Assembly (NCBI GenBank): GCA_963700145.1
Contig: OY969474.1
Span: 2,176,001-2,240,000, forward strand
DNA length: 64,000 bases
Origin: an uncultured Acidobacteriota bacterium
Lineage (GTDB): Bacteria; Acidobacteriota; Thermoanaerobaculia; Multivoradales; UBA5704
Reading direction: 5' to 3'
The position numbers were made by a program, and so were the translations under genes. Under the pieces are notes generated by a model. That model had not been told where the DNA came from. It saw nothing but the letters and a program-made list of their open reading frames with translations, and did not search any database. Shown here piece by piece: positions 1 through 13,066 of the stretch. Position 1 is the first letter of the stretch, and each line of letters starts with the position of its first letter.

Positions 1-2
1 GG

Positions 3-191
3 GACCCCGGGGGGTGCATCATCACGGTGGTGATCGGGGTGATCGGGGCGCTGCTTGGCGGCTTTATCGCCACGGCGCTCGGTTACGGGGGGATCTCGGG
101 CTTCGACTGGCGGAGCCTGCTGATCGCCATCATCGGCGCGCTGATCCTGCTCTTCATCTGGCGGGCGATCGCCGGTCGACGACGGGTTTAG
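3..191 (+). CDS. GlsB/YeaQ/YmgE (transglycosylase-associated) small membrane protein, 5' end outside window
   Basis: Manual translation: DPGGCIITVVIGVIGALLGGFIATALGYGGISGFDWRSLLIAIIGALILLFIWRAI...*. Not in the ORF track. Confidence 0.85.
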   Translation, partial: DPGGCIITVVIGVIGALLGGFIATALGYGGISGFDWRSLLIAIIGALILLFIWRAIAGRRRV

Positions 192-207
192 CGTCAACCC
201 CCCGCCC

Positions 208-373
208 AGCTCTCCGGGGGGCGCTCCCCCGGGAACCGGCGCGCGCTTTTCGAGCCTGCGGGATCTGAGGCGCGCGCCTGCGCTTCGCTTCGCGCCTGGG
301 TCGCAGTCTGACTGCGGATGAAGTTGCCAGGCGCTCGCTCAGAGCTTCCCGGGGGAGCGCCCCCCGGAGAGCT
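208..373. repeat. REP/MITE-like element with a perfect 28-bp inverted repeat, overlapping the moaB 3' end
   Basis: AGCTCTCCGGGGGGCGCTCCCCCGGGAA (208-235) is the exact reverse complement of 346-373. Confidence 0.75.
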
Positions 374-881
374 TCCCCCTTCTTGCTTGAGAGATCAGAT
401 GGCCCGCTTCCGGGAGGATCAGCTCATTCAGGGCTAGGGTGACGGCCTTGGGGGAGCCGGGGAGGGCGAAGAGGGCTTTGCCGTTGGTGACGCCGGCGGT
501 GGCGCGGGAGAGCATGGCGGCAGCGCCTACTTCCTTATAAGAAAGCATCCGGAACAGCTCGCCGAAGCCTTCTAGGGGGCGCTCGAGGAGGGGGGCTACG
601 GCTTCGAGGGTCACGTCGCGCGGTGCCACGCCGGTGCCGCCGGTCAGGACTAGGACGTCGACCTCGGGCAGCGACAGCAGCTCGCGTGCGGCGGCGCGGA
701 TCGCCTCGATCTCGTCGCGCACGATCCGCGCCTCGACGAACCGGTGCCCGGCGCGCTCGACGAGGTCGCGGATCGACCGGCCGCCGCCGTCGGTCTCCGG
801 GGTCCGGCTGTCGCTCACGGTTAACGCCGCGAACCCCAACACCCTGGGCGCGTGGGCTCGGTGCTCCTCGGGGACGTCCAT
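339..881 (-). CDS. moaB: Molybdenum cofactor biosynthesis protein B (MoaB/MogA family)
   Basis: Motifs TVSDSR, TGGTG..RDVT.EA, GFGELFR, SRATAG, LPGSP. Confidence 0.9.
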   Translation of the reverse strand: MDVPEEHRAHAPRVLGFAALTVSDSRTPETDGGGRSIRDLVERAGHRFVEARIVRDEIEAIRAAARELLSLPEVDVLVLTGGTGVAPRDVTLEAVAPLLERPLEGFGELFRMLSYKEVGAAAMLSRATAGVTNGKALFALPGSPKAVTLALNELILPEAGHLISQARRGKLSGGRSPGKL

Positions 882-907
882 AGGCGGCAGGCTAGAATCG
901 CGGGTCC

Positions 908-3900
908 ATGTCGCGCAAGCTCCTGCCGTCGCTCGTTCTTCTTGTACTCGCCGCGCTGCCGGCGCTGCGGGCGAACGGGGACAAGGCGGCGGGGGCGCTG
1001 CCGCCGCGGGCGTTGGAGCTGCGGACGCTGGGGCTGGCGCAGCTCGAGAACGAGCAGCCGGCGCAGGCGGCGGAGAGCTTCGGGGAGCTGGCGAGGCTGG
1101 TGCCGGGGAATCCGCTGCCGCATGCGGACCTCGCGGTGGCGCAGCTGCGGCAGCAGCAGACGGAGGAGGCGTTGGGCTCGATCGGGCGGGCGCTGGAGAA
1201 GGCGCCGGGGCGGGCGGACCTACTGGCGATCCAGGCCGAGGCGCTGCAGTGGGCCGGGCGGCCGGAGGAGGCGCTGGCGGTGCTCGAGAAGGCGATGGCC
1301 GCGGCGACCGAGAACCTCGAGGTGCTCTACGCCGCCTACCGTCAGGCGACCACCCAGGAGGGCGAGACGGCCGAGCGGGTCGCCGCGGCGGCGATCGATC
1401 GGCTCGCCCGTCTCCGTCCCGAGAACGTCGTCGTCCTGGCGCAGCTCGGCGGCCGCGCGGTGCGCCGCGGCGACCGCGCCGCCGCCACCGGCGCCTACCT
1501 GCGCATCAAGGAGCTGATCTGGCAGTCGCCGCAGGCCGAGGGGCCACTCGGGCAGCTCCTGGCGGCGCTGGAGTCGGGCGAGCCGGAGGCGGCGCGCGTC
1601 CCCGCCCTGCGGCTCGAGAACGTCCTCAAGGTCACGCCGATGTACCAGCAGGGGCTGCGCGAGCTGACCGCCGGCATCCAGGGGGTGCCGGTCGAGCGCT
1701 TCGCGAACGAGCCGCCGCCCGCGGTCTGGGGCGCGCCGGTGCCGGTCGAGCTGAAGGGAAGCGCGCTCGACGCCGCCGCGACGGTCGGGCAAGCCCTCGC
1801 CGTCGCGGACTTCGACAACGACGAGAAGCCGGACGTCGCGCGGCTCCGCGCTGGCGAGTCGCCGGCGCTGGAGGTGCGGCGGGCGGCCGGCGGCTGGGCG
1901 CCGAAGGCGGCGGGCGAAGGGCTGGACGCGAAGGGCCTGGAGGGCCTGCTCGCCGTCGACCTCGACAACGACGGGACGATGGACCTCCTGGCGTTCGGCA
2001 CCGACCGCACCGTCCTCTGGCTGGGTAAGGGGGACGGCACCTTCCAGCTCGCGCCCGAGGTGCTCTCCGCCGCGAAGGGCGCGACCGCCGCCGCGGCGAT
2101 CGATTACGACATCGAGGGCGATCTTGACCTCGCCCTCGCCGGCGGTCCCGCGCCGGCGCAACTCCTCCGCAACGCACTCGAAGGGCCGCAAGCGCCCCTC
2201 GCTTCGGTCGGCGACCGTTCCCTACCCGCTCTTTCTTGGAAAGACGTCCGCCAGCTCGTTGCCACCGACCTCGACCGCGACGGCGACCTCGACCTTCTCG
2301 CCGCCCACGCTGGCGGCCTTTCCTGGCTCGACAACCTGCGCCAGGGCCGCTTCGCCGACCGCACCGCCGCTGGCGGGCTGGAGGGCACGGGCGCCGTTCT
2401 CGCCGCCGCCAGCGCCGACCTCGACGGCGACGGCCTCTTCGACCTCGTCGTCGCGCCGGCCGCCGGCGGCCTCCGCCTCCTGCGCAACCAGGGCGGGCGC
2501 TTCGTCCCCTGGGCCGCCGCCGGGCTCCCCGCCGCTCCCGCTTTCCGCGCGGTCTTGGCCGCCGACCTCGACAACGACGGCCGCCTCGACCTCGCCGCCG
2601 CCGGCGACGGCGCCATCGTCGCGCTGGCCCGCGACGGCGAGGGCTTCCGCGCCCTCCCGCTCGCCGCCGCGCCCGCCGGCGCCGCCGCGCTGGCCGCCGC
2701 CGACCTCGACGGCGACGGCGACCTCGACCTGGTCGCCGCCGGCCCCGCCGGCCTCCACCGGCTCGACAACCAGGGCGGCAACGCGAACCACTGGCTGACC
2801 GTCCGCCTGCGCGGCTTGACCAAGGGGAACAGCAAGAACAACGTCCAGGGGGTCGGGTCGGTCGCCGAGGTCCGTGCCGGCGCGGCCTACCAGGCCCGCG
2901 AGGCCGCCGGTCCGGTCGTCCACTTCGGCCTCGGCGGCCTGGCGAAGGCCGACCTGCTGCGCGTCGTCTGGCCGAACGGCGTGCCGCAGAACCGGCTGCA
3001 GCCGGCGCTCGACCAGCGGCTCGTCGAGGAGCAGCTGCTCAAGGGAAGCTGTCCCTTCCTCTACGCCTGGGACGGCGCGCGGATGGCGTTCGTCACCGAC
3101 CTCCTCTGGGGGGCGCCCATCGGCCTGCCGGTGGCCGAAGGCGTCTGGGCGTCGGCCGACCCGGACGAGCTGGTGCGGGTGGACGGCGCGCGGCCGGAGC
3201 GCGGCGCCTACCGCCTGGCGCTCACCGAGGAGCTGTGGGAGGCCGCCTTCTTCGACCGCGTCCGCCTCTGGGTGGTGGACCACCCCGGCGACGTCGAGGT
3301 GGCGAGCAACCTGCGCGTCCTCCCCGGCCGCCGCCTCCCCGACGCGGTCCTGGCGAGCCGCGCGCTCCGCCCGGTCGCCGCCGCCTGGGACGGCGCCGGG
3401 GTGGACGTCACCGCCCGCGTCGCCCGCCGCGACGAGGTCTACGCCTCCGGCTTCGCCGAGAGCGCCTACCAGGGGGTCGCCGCGGCGCCCTGGACCTTCA
3501 CGATCGACCTCGGCGAGGCCCCCGCCGCCCCGGTGCGCCTCCACCTCGACGGCTGGGTCTTCCCCGCCGACGCCAGCTTGAACCTGGCGCTCGCCCAGCG
3601 CGCCGCGCCGGCGCAGCAGTTCCCGCGCCTGGAGGTCGAGACCGCCGGTGGCTGGCGGGAGCTGATGGCCGAGACCGGCTTCCCGGCCGGCAAGACCAAG
3701 ACGATGGTGATCGACACGCCGCCGCTCCCCGCCGGCGCCCGCCGCCTCCGCCTCGTCACCTCGCTCTGGCTGGCCTGGGATCGCATCGCCTGGACGACCG
3801 CCCCGGCCGACGCCGCGCCGCGCGTCGCCGCCCGCCTCGACCCGGCGCGGGCCGAGCTGCGCTTCCGCGGCTTCTCGCGCCTAGTGCGGAGCGCGCCGAA

Positions 3901-4288
3901 CGCGCCGCACGGCTTCGTCTACGAGGCGGCCGCGGCGGCCTCCCCCTGGCTCCCCTTCCCCGGCCGCTACACCCGCTACGGCGACGTGCGCGAGCTGCTG
4001 GCCGCCGCCGACGACCGCTCCGTCGTGATGGGCCCGGGCGACGAGGTCGCCCTGACCTTCGACGCCGCCGCCCTGCCGCCGCCCCCGCCCGGCTGGCGGC
4101 GGACGGTCTTTCTGGAGAGCCTGGGCTGGGACAAGGACGCCGACCGCAACACCTATGCGGCGGCGCAGGTCGAGCCGCTGCCGTTCAACGCCATGAGCGG
4201 CTACCCCTACGGCCCCGGCGAGCGCTTCCCGGACACGCCGCTCCACCGCGAGTACCTGGAGCGCTGGCTGACGCGGGAAGTGAAGTAA
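908..4288 (+). CDS. Secreted TPR + FG-GAP/VCBS repeat + ASPIC/UnbV protein
   Basis: Signal peptide, TPR helices, many DxDxDGDLDL repeats, VHFGLG...VVWPNG and KGSCPFLYAWDG motifs. Confidence 0.85.
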   Translation: MSRKLLPSLVLLVLAALPALRANGDKAAGALPPRALELRTLGLAQLENEQPAQAAESFGELARLVPGNPLPHADLAVAQLRQQQTEEALGSIGRALEKAPGRADLLAIQAEALQWAGRPEEALAVLEKAMAAATENLEVLYAAYRQATTQEGETAERVAAAAIDRLARLRPENVVVLAQLGGRAVRRGDRAAATGAYLRIKELIWQSPQAEGPLGQLLAALESGEPEAARVPALRLENVLKVTPMYQQGLRELTAGIQGVPVERFANEPPPAVWGAPVPVELKGSALDAAATVGQALAVADFDNDEKPDVARLRAGESPALEVRRAAGGWAPKAAGEGLDAKGLEGLLAVDLDNDGTMDLLAFGTDRTVLWLGKGDGTFQLAPEVLSAAKGATAAAAIDYDIEGDLDLALAGGPAPAQLLRNALEGPQAPLASVGDRSLPALSWKDVRQLVATDLDRDGDLDLLAAHAGGLSWLDNLRQGRFADRTAAGGLEGTGAVLAAASADLDGDGLFDLVVAPAAGGLRLLRNQGGRFVPWAAAGLPAAPAFRAVLAADLDNDGRLDLAAAGDGAIVALARDGEGFRALPLAAAPAGAAALAAADLDGDGDLDLVAAGPAGLHRLDNQGGNANHWLTVRLRGLTKGNSKNNVQGVGSVAEVRAGAAYQAREAAGPVVHFGLGGLAKADLLRVVWPNGVPQNRLQPALDQRLVEEQLLKGSCPFLYAWDGARMAFVTDLLWGAPIGLPVAEGVWASADPDELVRVDGARPERGAYRLALTEELWEAAFFDRVRLWVVDHPGDVEVASNLRVLPGRRLPDAVLASRALRPVAAAWDGAGVDVTARVARRDEVYASGFAESAYQGVAAAPWTFTIDLGEAPAAPVRLHLDGWVFPADASLNLALAQRAAPAQQFPRLEVETAGGWRELMAETGFPAGKTKTMVIDTPPLPAGARRLRLVTSLWLAWDRIAWTTAPADAAPRVAARLDPARAELRFRGFSRLVRSAPNAPHGFVYEAAAAASPWLPFPGRYTRYGDVRELLAAADDRSVVMGPGDEVALTFDAAALPPPPPGWRRTVFLESLGWDKDADRNTYAAAQVEPLPFNAMSGYPYGPGERFPDTPLHREYLERWLTREVK

Positions 4289-4338
4289 CCTCCGGGCTGA
4301 AACCTGGTATCCAATTCGACGTAGAACGGGACACCCGT

Positions 4339-5592
4339 ATGGACATCCCTCGTGCCGACCGCGCCCGCTCGCTCCGCATCCGCCGCATCGCGCTGGCGGG
4401 AGGCGGGATCGCGGCGCTCGCCGCCATCACCTTCGCTTCCAGCCAGTTGAAGCCGGCGGCGCCGAGCGTCGACCGCGCCGGCCTGTGGGTCGACACCGTG
4501 CAGCGCGGCCCGATGCTGCGCCAGGTGCGCGGGCCGGGGACGCTGGAGCCGGTCGAGGTGCGCTGGATCTCCGCCCCGGTCGAAGGGCGGGTCGAGCGCA
4601 TCCCCGCCCTCCCCGGTGTCGAGGTGACGCCGCAGACCGTCCTCATCGAGCTCTCCAACCCCGAGCTCGAGCAGCAGGCCTTCGAGGCCGCCTCCGACCT
4701 GCGCGCCGCCGAGGCCGACGTCGAGGACCTGCGCGCCCAGCTCGAGAGCCAGGTGCTGGCGCAGCAGGCGGCGGCCACAGTCGTGGACTCGCAGGCGCGC
4801 GAGGCGCGCCTGCAGGTCGAGGCCAACGAGGCGCTGGCCAAGGACGGCCTGATCCCGCCGCTCACCCTGCAGCTCTCCCGCCTCAAGGCCGACCAGCTCG
4901 ACAAGCAGTCCGCGATCGAGCAGCAGCGGGTGCAGAAGGCGCGCAACTCCGCCGCCGCTCAGACGGCGGCGCAGCGGGCGCGGGTGCAGCAGCTCCGCGA
5001 CCTCTACGCCCTGCGCCAGCGGCAGGTGGGGTCGCTGGCGGTGCGGGCGGCGATCGGCGGCGTCCTCCAGGAGCTGCCGGTCGAGGTCGGGCAGCGGGTG
5101 ACGCCGGGCACCACCCTGGCGCGCGTCGCCCGCCCCGAGCACCTCAAGGCCGAGCTGCGCATCCCCGAGACCCAGGCCAAGGACGTGGCGCTCGGCCAGC
5201 TGGCGCAGATCGACACCCGCAACGGCATCGTCCCCGGACGGGTGACGCGCATCGACCCCGGCGCCCAGGACGGCACCGTGCGCGTGGACGTGGCGCTGAC
5301 CGGCGCGCTGCCGCCCGGCGCCCGGCCGCGGCTCTCGGTGGACGGCACGATCGAGATCGAGCGCCTGTCCGACGTCGTCTACGTCGGCCGCCCCACCCAC
5401 GGCCAGCCCAACTCGACGATCGAGCTCTTCAAGCTGGTCGACGGCGGCAAGGAGGCGGTGCGGGTGCAGGTCCGCCTGGGCCGCAGCTCCGTCTCCACCG
5501 TCGAGGTCCTCTCCGGCCTGGTGCCCGGCGACCAGGTCATCCTTTCCGACGTCCCCGCCGCCGACGGCCGCGACCGCCTGCGCCTGGATTGA
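4339..5592 (+). CDS. Efflux periplasmic adaptor (MFP/HlyD family)
   Basis: ATG at 4339 (MDIPRADR); N-terminal TM, coiled hairpin, VRLGR...VEVLSGLVPGDQVI. Confidence 0.9.
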   Translation: MDIPRADRARSLRIRRIALAGGGIAALAAITFASSQLKPAAPSVDRAGLWVDTVQRGPMLRQVRGPGTLEPVEVRWISAPVEGRVERIPALPGVEVTPQTVLIELSNPELEQQAFEAASDLRAAEADVEDLRAQLESQVLAQQAAATVVDSQAREARLQVEANEALAKDGLIPPLTLQLSRLKADQLDKQSAIEQQRVQKARNSAAAQTAAQRARVQQLRDLYALRQRQVGSLAVRAAIGGVLQELPVEVGQRVTPGTTLARVARPEHLKAELRIPETQAKDVALGQLAQIDTRNGIVPGRVTRIDPGAQDGTVRVDVALTGALPPGARPRLSVDGTIEIERLSDVVYVGRPTHGQPNSTIELFKLVDGGKEAVRVQVRLGRSSVSTVEVLSGLVPGDQVILSDVPAADGRDRLRLD

Positions 5593-5621
5593 AACCTCCG
5601 CATCATCCGAGGGAGAAACGC

Positions 5622-6371
5622 ATGAACGCTTCCGACCGCTCGCTCATCCAGCTCGAAGGGGTGACCAAGGTCTTTCTGACCGACGAGGTCGAGACCCACG
5701 CCCTGTCCGGCATCCACGTCGAGATCAAGAACGGCGAGTACGTGGCCATCGCCGGCCCCTCCGGCTGCGGCAAGACCACGCTGCTGTCGATCCTGGGGCT
5801 GCTCGACACCCCCACCGACGGCGAGTACTGGCTCAACGGCAAGGAGGTGGCCAAGCTCTCCTTCTCCGACCGGGCGCGGATCCGCAACCGGGAGATCGGC
5901 TTCATCTTCCAGGCCTTCAACCTGATCGGCGACCTGACCGTCTACGAGAACGTCGAGCTGCCGCTGACCTACCGCGGCACGCCGTCGGCCGAGCGCAAGC
6001 AGCGCGTGCAGGAGGCGCTCGAGCGGGTCGAGATGGCGCACCGCATGAAGCACTACCCGTCGCAGCTCTCCGGCGGCCAGCAGCAGCGCGTGGCGGTGGC
6101 CCGCGCCGTCGTCGGCAAGCCCTCGATCCTGCTCGCCGACGAGCCCACCGGCAACCTCGACTCGCGCAACAGCGAGTCGGTCATGGACCTGCTCGGCGAG
6201 CTGCACAAGGAAGGCGCCACGATCTGCATGGTCACCCACGACCCGCGCTACGCCCGCTACGCCGGGCGCAGCATCCACCTCTTCGACGGCCGCGTCGTCG
6301 AGGAGCAGGAGGGCGAGCTGCGCAAGGTCGAGGAGCGCGAGCTGGCCGAGAGCGGCTTCGACGTGAGCTAG
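5622..6371 (+). CDS. ABC transporter ATP-binding protein (MacB/LolD type)
   Basis: Walker A GPSGCGKT, signature LSGGQQQR, LLADEPTGNLD; RBS GGGAG before the ATG. Confidence 0.95.
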   Translation: MNASDRSLIQLEGVTKVFLTDEVETHALSGIHVEIKNGEYVAIAGPSGCGKTTLLSILGLLDTPTDGEYWLNGKEVAKLSFSDRARIRNREIGFIFQAFNLIGDLTVYENVELPLTYRGTPSAERKQRVQEALERVEMAHRMKHYPSQLSGGQQQRVAVARAVVGKPSILLADEPTGNLDSRNSESVMDLLGELHKEGATICMVTHDPRYARYAGRSIHLFDGRVVEEQEGELRKVEERELAESGFDVS

Positions 6372-6399
6372 GCGCGCCGGGCGCGCCGGAGGGACTGCC

Positions 6400-8843
<2,444 letters not shown>

Positions 8844-8844
<1 letters not shown>

Positions 8845-11255
8845 TGGGCGACCTGCGCTACGCCGCCCGCGCCCTGGCGCGGGCCCCCGGCTTCACCTTC
8901 GTCGCGCTCCTGACCCTCGGCCTCGGCATCGGCGCCAACGCCGCGATCTTCAGCGTCGTCCACGGCGTGCTGCTCCGCCCGCTGCCCTACGCCGACCCCG
9001 ACCGCATCGTCCTGGTGGCCGAGAGCGACCGCCTGCGGCAGACCGAGCGCGAGGGGGTGTCGCTCCCCGACTACCTCGACCTGCGCGAGCGCAGCCGGAG
9101 CTTCGCTCATCTCGCGGCGATCCGCGGCGCCTCGGTCGACCTGAGCCGGCCCGGCGCCGACCCCGAGCGCGTCCCCGGCGCGGCGGTCACCCACGAGCTC
9201 TTCCCGCTCCTCGGCGTGCGGCCGCTCCTCGGCCGCGCCTTCACGGCCGCCGAGGACCGGCCGGGGAGCGAGCGCGTCGTGCTCCTGGGCGAGGAGCTCT
9301 GGCGGCGCCGCTTCGGCGGCGCGCCCGACGTCCTCGGCCGGCCCCTGGTCCTCGACGGGACGCCGCACACGATCGTCGGCGTCCTGCCCGCCGACCTGGC
9401 GCTGCCGGCCGCCGACACCGAGCTCTGGCGGCCGCTGGCGCCCGCCGCGGCGGGGGCGTTCCGCGGCGTCCACGACCTGAGCGTCCTCGGCAAGGTGCGG
9501 CCGGGCACCGCGCTCGCCGCGGCGCGCGCCGAGGCCGCCTCGATCGCCCGCCAGCTCGAGAAGGAGTACCCGGACGACAACCTGGGACGCGGCATCGTGC
9601 TCCTGCCGCTGCGCGAGGCCCTCTTCGGCCGCGTCCAACCGGCGCTCGTCGTGCTGATGGCGGCGGTCGGCCTCGTCCTCCTCGTCGCCTGCGTCAACGT
9701 CGCCAACCTCCTGCTGGCACGGGGCGCCGACCGCGGGCGGGAGGTGGCGATCCGCGCCGCGCTGGGCGCCGGCTCGTTCCGCCTCGGGAGGCAGTTCGCG
9801 GCCGAGGCGTTGCTCCTCGCCGGGCTCGCCGGCGCCTGCGGCCTCCTCCTCGCCTGGCTGGCGCTCGGCCCCCTCCTCGCCCTCGCGCCCCAGGACGTGC
9901 CGCGCCTGGCCGAGGTGCGCCTCGACGGCCGCGTCCTCGCCTTCACCGCCGGCGTCGCGCTCCTCACCGCCCTGGTCTTCGGCCTGGCGCCCCTGGCGCA
10001 GTCCTTCGGACGCGACCTCCAGACGGCGCTCAAGAGCGGCGGGCGCACCGCCTCGGCCGACGGCCGCACGCGCTGGCTGCGCGACCTCCTGGTGGTCGGC
10101 GAGGTCGCGCTCTCGACCGTCCTCGTCGTCGCCGCCGCGCTCCTCCTGCAGAGCCTCTGGCGCCTGCAGCGCGTGGACCCCGGGTTCGCCCCGGAGAGCG
10201 TGCTCAAGTTCGAGCTGGAGCTGCCGGCGGCGCGCTACCCGCAGAGCTTCGCCAACTATCCGGACTGGCCCGAGGTCATGGCGTTCAACGCGGCGCTGGA
10301 GGAGCGCCTCGCCGCCCTCCCCGCCGCCCGCGCCGTCGGCCTCGCCAACAGCCACCCGCTCGATGCGGGCTGGACGACGCGCTTCACCGTCGTCGGCCGT
10401 CCCGAGGTGGCCGAGGGGGAGCAGGAGGAGATCCGGGTGCGCGCGGCGAGCCGCGGCTACTTCCGCGCCGCCGGCCTGACGCTGCTGCGCGGCCGCGGCT
10501 TCCTCCCCGCCGACCGCGTCGGCGCGCCGCTCGTCGCCGTGCTCAACGCGGCGGCGGTGCGCCGCTACTTCCCGGGCGAGGACCCGCTCGGCCGCGAGGT
10601 GCGGATCTTCGGCCAGCCGCGGCGCATCGTCGGCGTCGTCGAGGACGAGCGCTTCATGGGCCTCGCCGCCGAGGCGGCGCCGGCGCTCTACCCGCCGCTG
10701 GCGCAGTTCCCGAGCCCCGCACTGAGCGTCCTGGTGCGCACCGAAGGCGACCCGCTGGCCGCCGCCGGCACGGCACGCCAGGTGGTGCGCGAGCTCGACC
10801 GCGACCTGGCGGTCTTCGCCGCCGCGACGATGGAGGAGGAGCTGTCGCGCTCGCTCGCCCAGCCGCGCTTCAGCGGCTCGCTCCTCGCCGCCTTCGCCGT
10901 GCTCGCCCTGACGCTGGCGATGATCGGGGTCTACGGCCTCCTCGCCTACGCGGTGGCGCGTCAGCGGCAGGAGATCGGGGTGCGGATGGCGCTCGGCGCC
11001 AGCGCCGGGCAGGTGCTGCGGCTGGTCGTCGGCCGCGGGCTCGTCCTGACCCTCGCCGGCGCCGCCCTCGGCCTCCTCGGCGCGCGCGCCGCCGGGCGCC
11101 TGCTTGCGGGGCTCCTCTACGCCGTGCCGGCGAACGACCCCGCGACCTTCATTGCCGTACCCCTGCTCCTCGCCGCCGCGGCGCTCCTGGCGAGCTGGAT
11201 CCCGGCCCGGCGGGCGGCGCGCGTCGATCCCGCCGTCGCCCTGCGCGCCGAATAA
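8844..11255 (+). CDS. ADOP-family duplicated ABC permease
   Basis: Same ADOP motifs; start overlaps the upstream stop. Confidence 0.95.
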
Positions 11256-11275
11256 AGTTCAAAGAAGGGACTCCC

Positions 11276-13054
11276 ATGGTTCGACCGCTTCGCCTCTCAT
11301 TCGCCCTCGCCCTCCTCGCCACCCTCCCCGCCGCCGCCGCCGAGCCGACCTGGGTCGAGCGCAGCAACGCAAACGCCCAGGTCCTGCTCGCCACCCAGGC
11401 GCGCTTCGCGCCGGAGCAGGCGGGCGCCTTCGGCGTCGAGGGGCTCGACGAGGAGGTCTTCTCCCTGCCGCTCGACCGCGACGCGCAGCTCCTGCGCGCC
11501 GTCGCCGAGGCCGCCGCCGAGCTGGAGCGCCGGCGCGCTGCCGAGCGCGACCCGGCGGTGCTGCAGGACCTCGACATCATGCTCGCCGAGGCGCGGGAGG
11601 TGACCGAGGATGTCGAGCTGGAGCGCCGCGTCTTCCTGCCGGTCTTCGACCTGCCGCAGACGGTCTTCCACGGCATCCGCGCCCTCCTCGACGACCGCGT
11701 GCCGAAGGAGCGCCACCCGGCGGCGCTGGTGCGGCTGCGCAAGTACGCCGGCCTGACACCGGGGACGACGCCGCTCGCCGACCAGGCCGCCGCCATGCTG
11801 CGCGACCGCCTCGACGAGCCCGCCCTCCTCGCCCCCTTCCAGGGCGACCTCGAGCGCCAGCTCGGCAACTCCGCCCGCTTCCTCGCGGGGATCGCCGAGC
11901 TGCTCCAGAAGTCCGGCCTGACCGGCTGGGAGGAGGCGCACGCGCGCTTCGGCGAGCAGGTCGCCGCCTACGAGGCGCTGCTGCGCGCCGAGGTGCAGCC
12001 GCGGGCGCGGCAGGACTTCCGGCTGCCCGAGGAGGTCTACCGCTTCCGCCTGCGCCAGCGCGGCGTCGACATGCCGCTCGAGGAGCTGGTGTCGCGCGCC
12101 AAGACCAGCTTCCACGAGGTGCAGAACGAGATGCAGGTGATCGCGGCGCTGGTCGCCCGCGAGCGCCAGCTCCCCTCCGCCGACTACCGCGACGTCCTCC
12201 GCGCGCTCAAGAAGGAGCAGCTCGAAGGGGAGGCGATCCTCCCCCACTACCAGCAGCGGGTGCGCGACCTCGAGAAGCTGATCCGCGAGGCGCGCGTCGT
12301 GACGATCCCCGACCGGCAGATGCGCGTGCGACTGGCGAGCGCCGCCGAGAGCGCCGCCACCCCTGCCCCCAACGTCTCGCCGGCGCGGATCATCGGCAAC
12401 ACCGGCGAAACGCCCGACTTCGTGCTGCCGCTGCGCATCCCCGGCGAGGCGGGGGCCGAGGCCGGCTTCGACGACTTCACCTTCGCCGCCGCCTCCTGGA
12501 CGCTCACCGCGCACGAGGGCCGCCCGGGCCACGAGCTGCAGTTCAGCACCATGATCGAGAAGGGCGTGTCGCTGGCGCGCGCCTTCTTCGCCTTCAACAG
12601 CGTCAACGTCGAAGGCTGGGCGCTCTACGCCGAGGCCGAGATGAAGCCGCTCCTGCCGCTCGACGGCCAGCTCGTCGCCCTGCAGCACCGCCTGCTGCGC
12701 GCCGCGCGCGCCTTCCTCGACCCCGGCCTCCAGACCGGGACGATCACGCGCGAGGAGGCCTTCCGCGTGCTCGAGGGGGAGGTCGTGCTGTCGAAGGCCA
12801 TGGCCCTCCAGGAGGTCGAGCGCTACACCTTCCGCAGCCCGGGGCAGGCGCCGTCGTACTTCGTCGGCTACAGCCGCTTGATGGAGCTGCGCACCGACGC
12901 CGAGCGCCTGCTCGGCGACCGCTTCGACCGCCAGGCGTACCACGACTTCGTGCTCTCCCAGGGGATGCTCAGCCCGGCGCTGCTGCGCAAGGCGGTCGTC
13001 GAGCAGCACGTGCCGCAGCGCCTGGGCGCGGCCCCTGCAAAGGCCGGCGGCTAG
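11276..13054 (+). CDS. DUF885-family secreted protein (zincin-like motif)
   Basis: Signal peptide; AHEGRPGHELQ, EGWALYAE, EVERY..PGQA.SY motifs. Confidence 0.85.
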   Translation: MVRPLRLSFALALLATLPAAAAEPTWVERSNANAQVLLATQARFAPEQAGAFGVEGLDEEVFSLPLDRDAQLLRAVAEAAAELERRRAAERDPAVLQDLDIMLAEAREVTEDVELERRVFLPVFDLPQTVFHGIRALLDDRVPKERHPAALVRLRKYAGLTPGTTPLADQAAAMLRDRLDEPALLAPFQGDLERQLGNSARFLAGIAELLQKSGLTGWEEAHARFGEQVAAYEALLRAEVQPRARQDFRLPEEVYRFRLRQRGVDMPLEELVSRAKTSFHEVQNEMQVIAALVARERQLPSADYRDVLRALKKEQLEGEAILPHYQQRVRDLEKLIREARVVTIPDRQMRVRLASAAESAATPAPNVSPARIIGNTGETPDFVLPLRIPGEAGAEAGFDDFTFAAASWTLTAHEGRPGHELQFSTMIEKGVSLARAFFAFNSVNVEGWALYAEAEMKPLLPLDGQLVALQHRLLRAARAFLDPGLQTGTITREEAFRVLEGEVVLSKAMALQEVERYTFRSPGQAPSYFVGYSRLMELRTDAERLLGDRFDRQAYHDFVLSQGMLSPALLRKAVVEQHVPQRLGAAPAKAGG

Positions 13055-13066
13055 GAGGACGCGACG

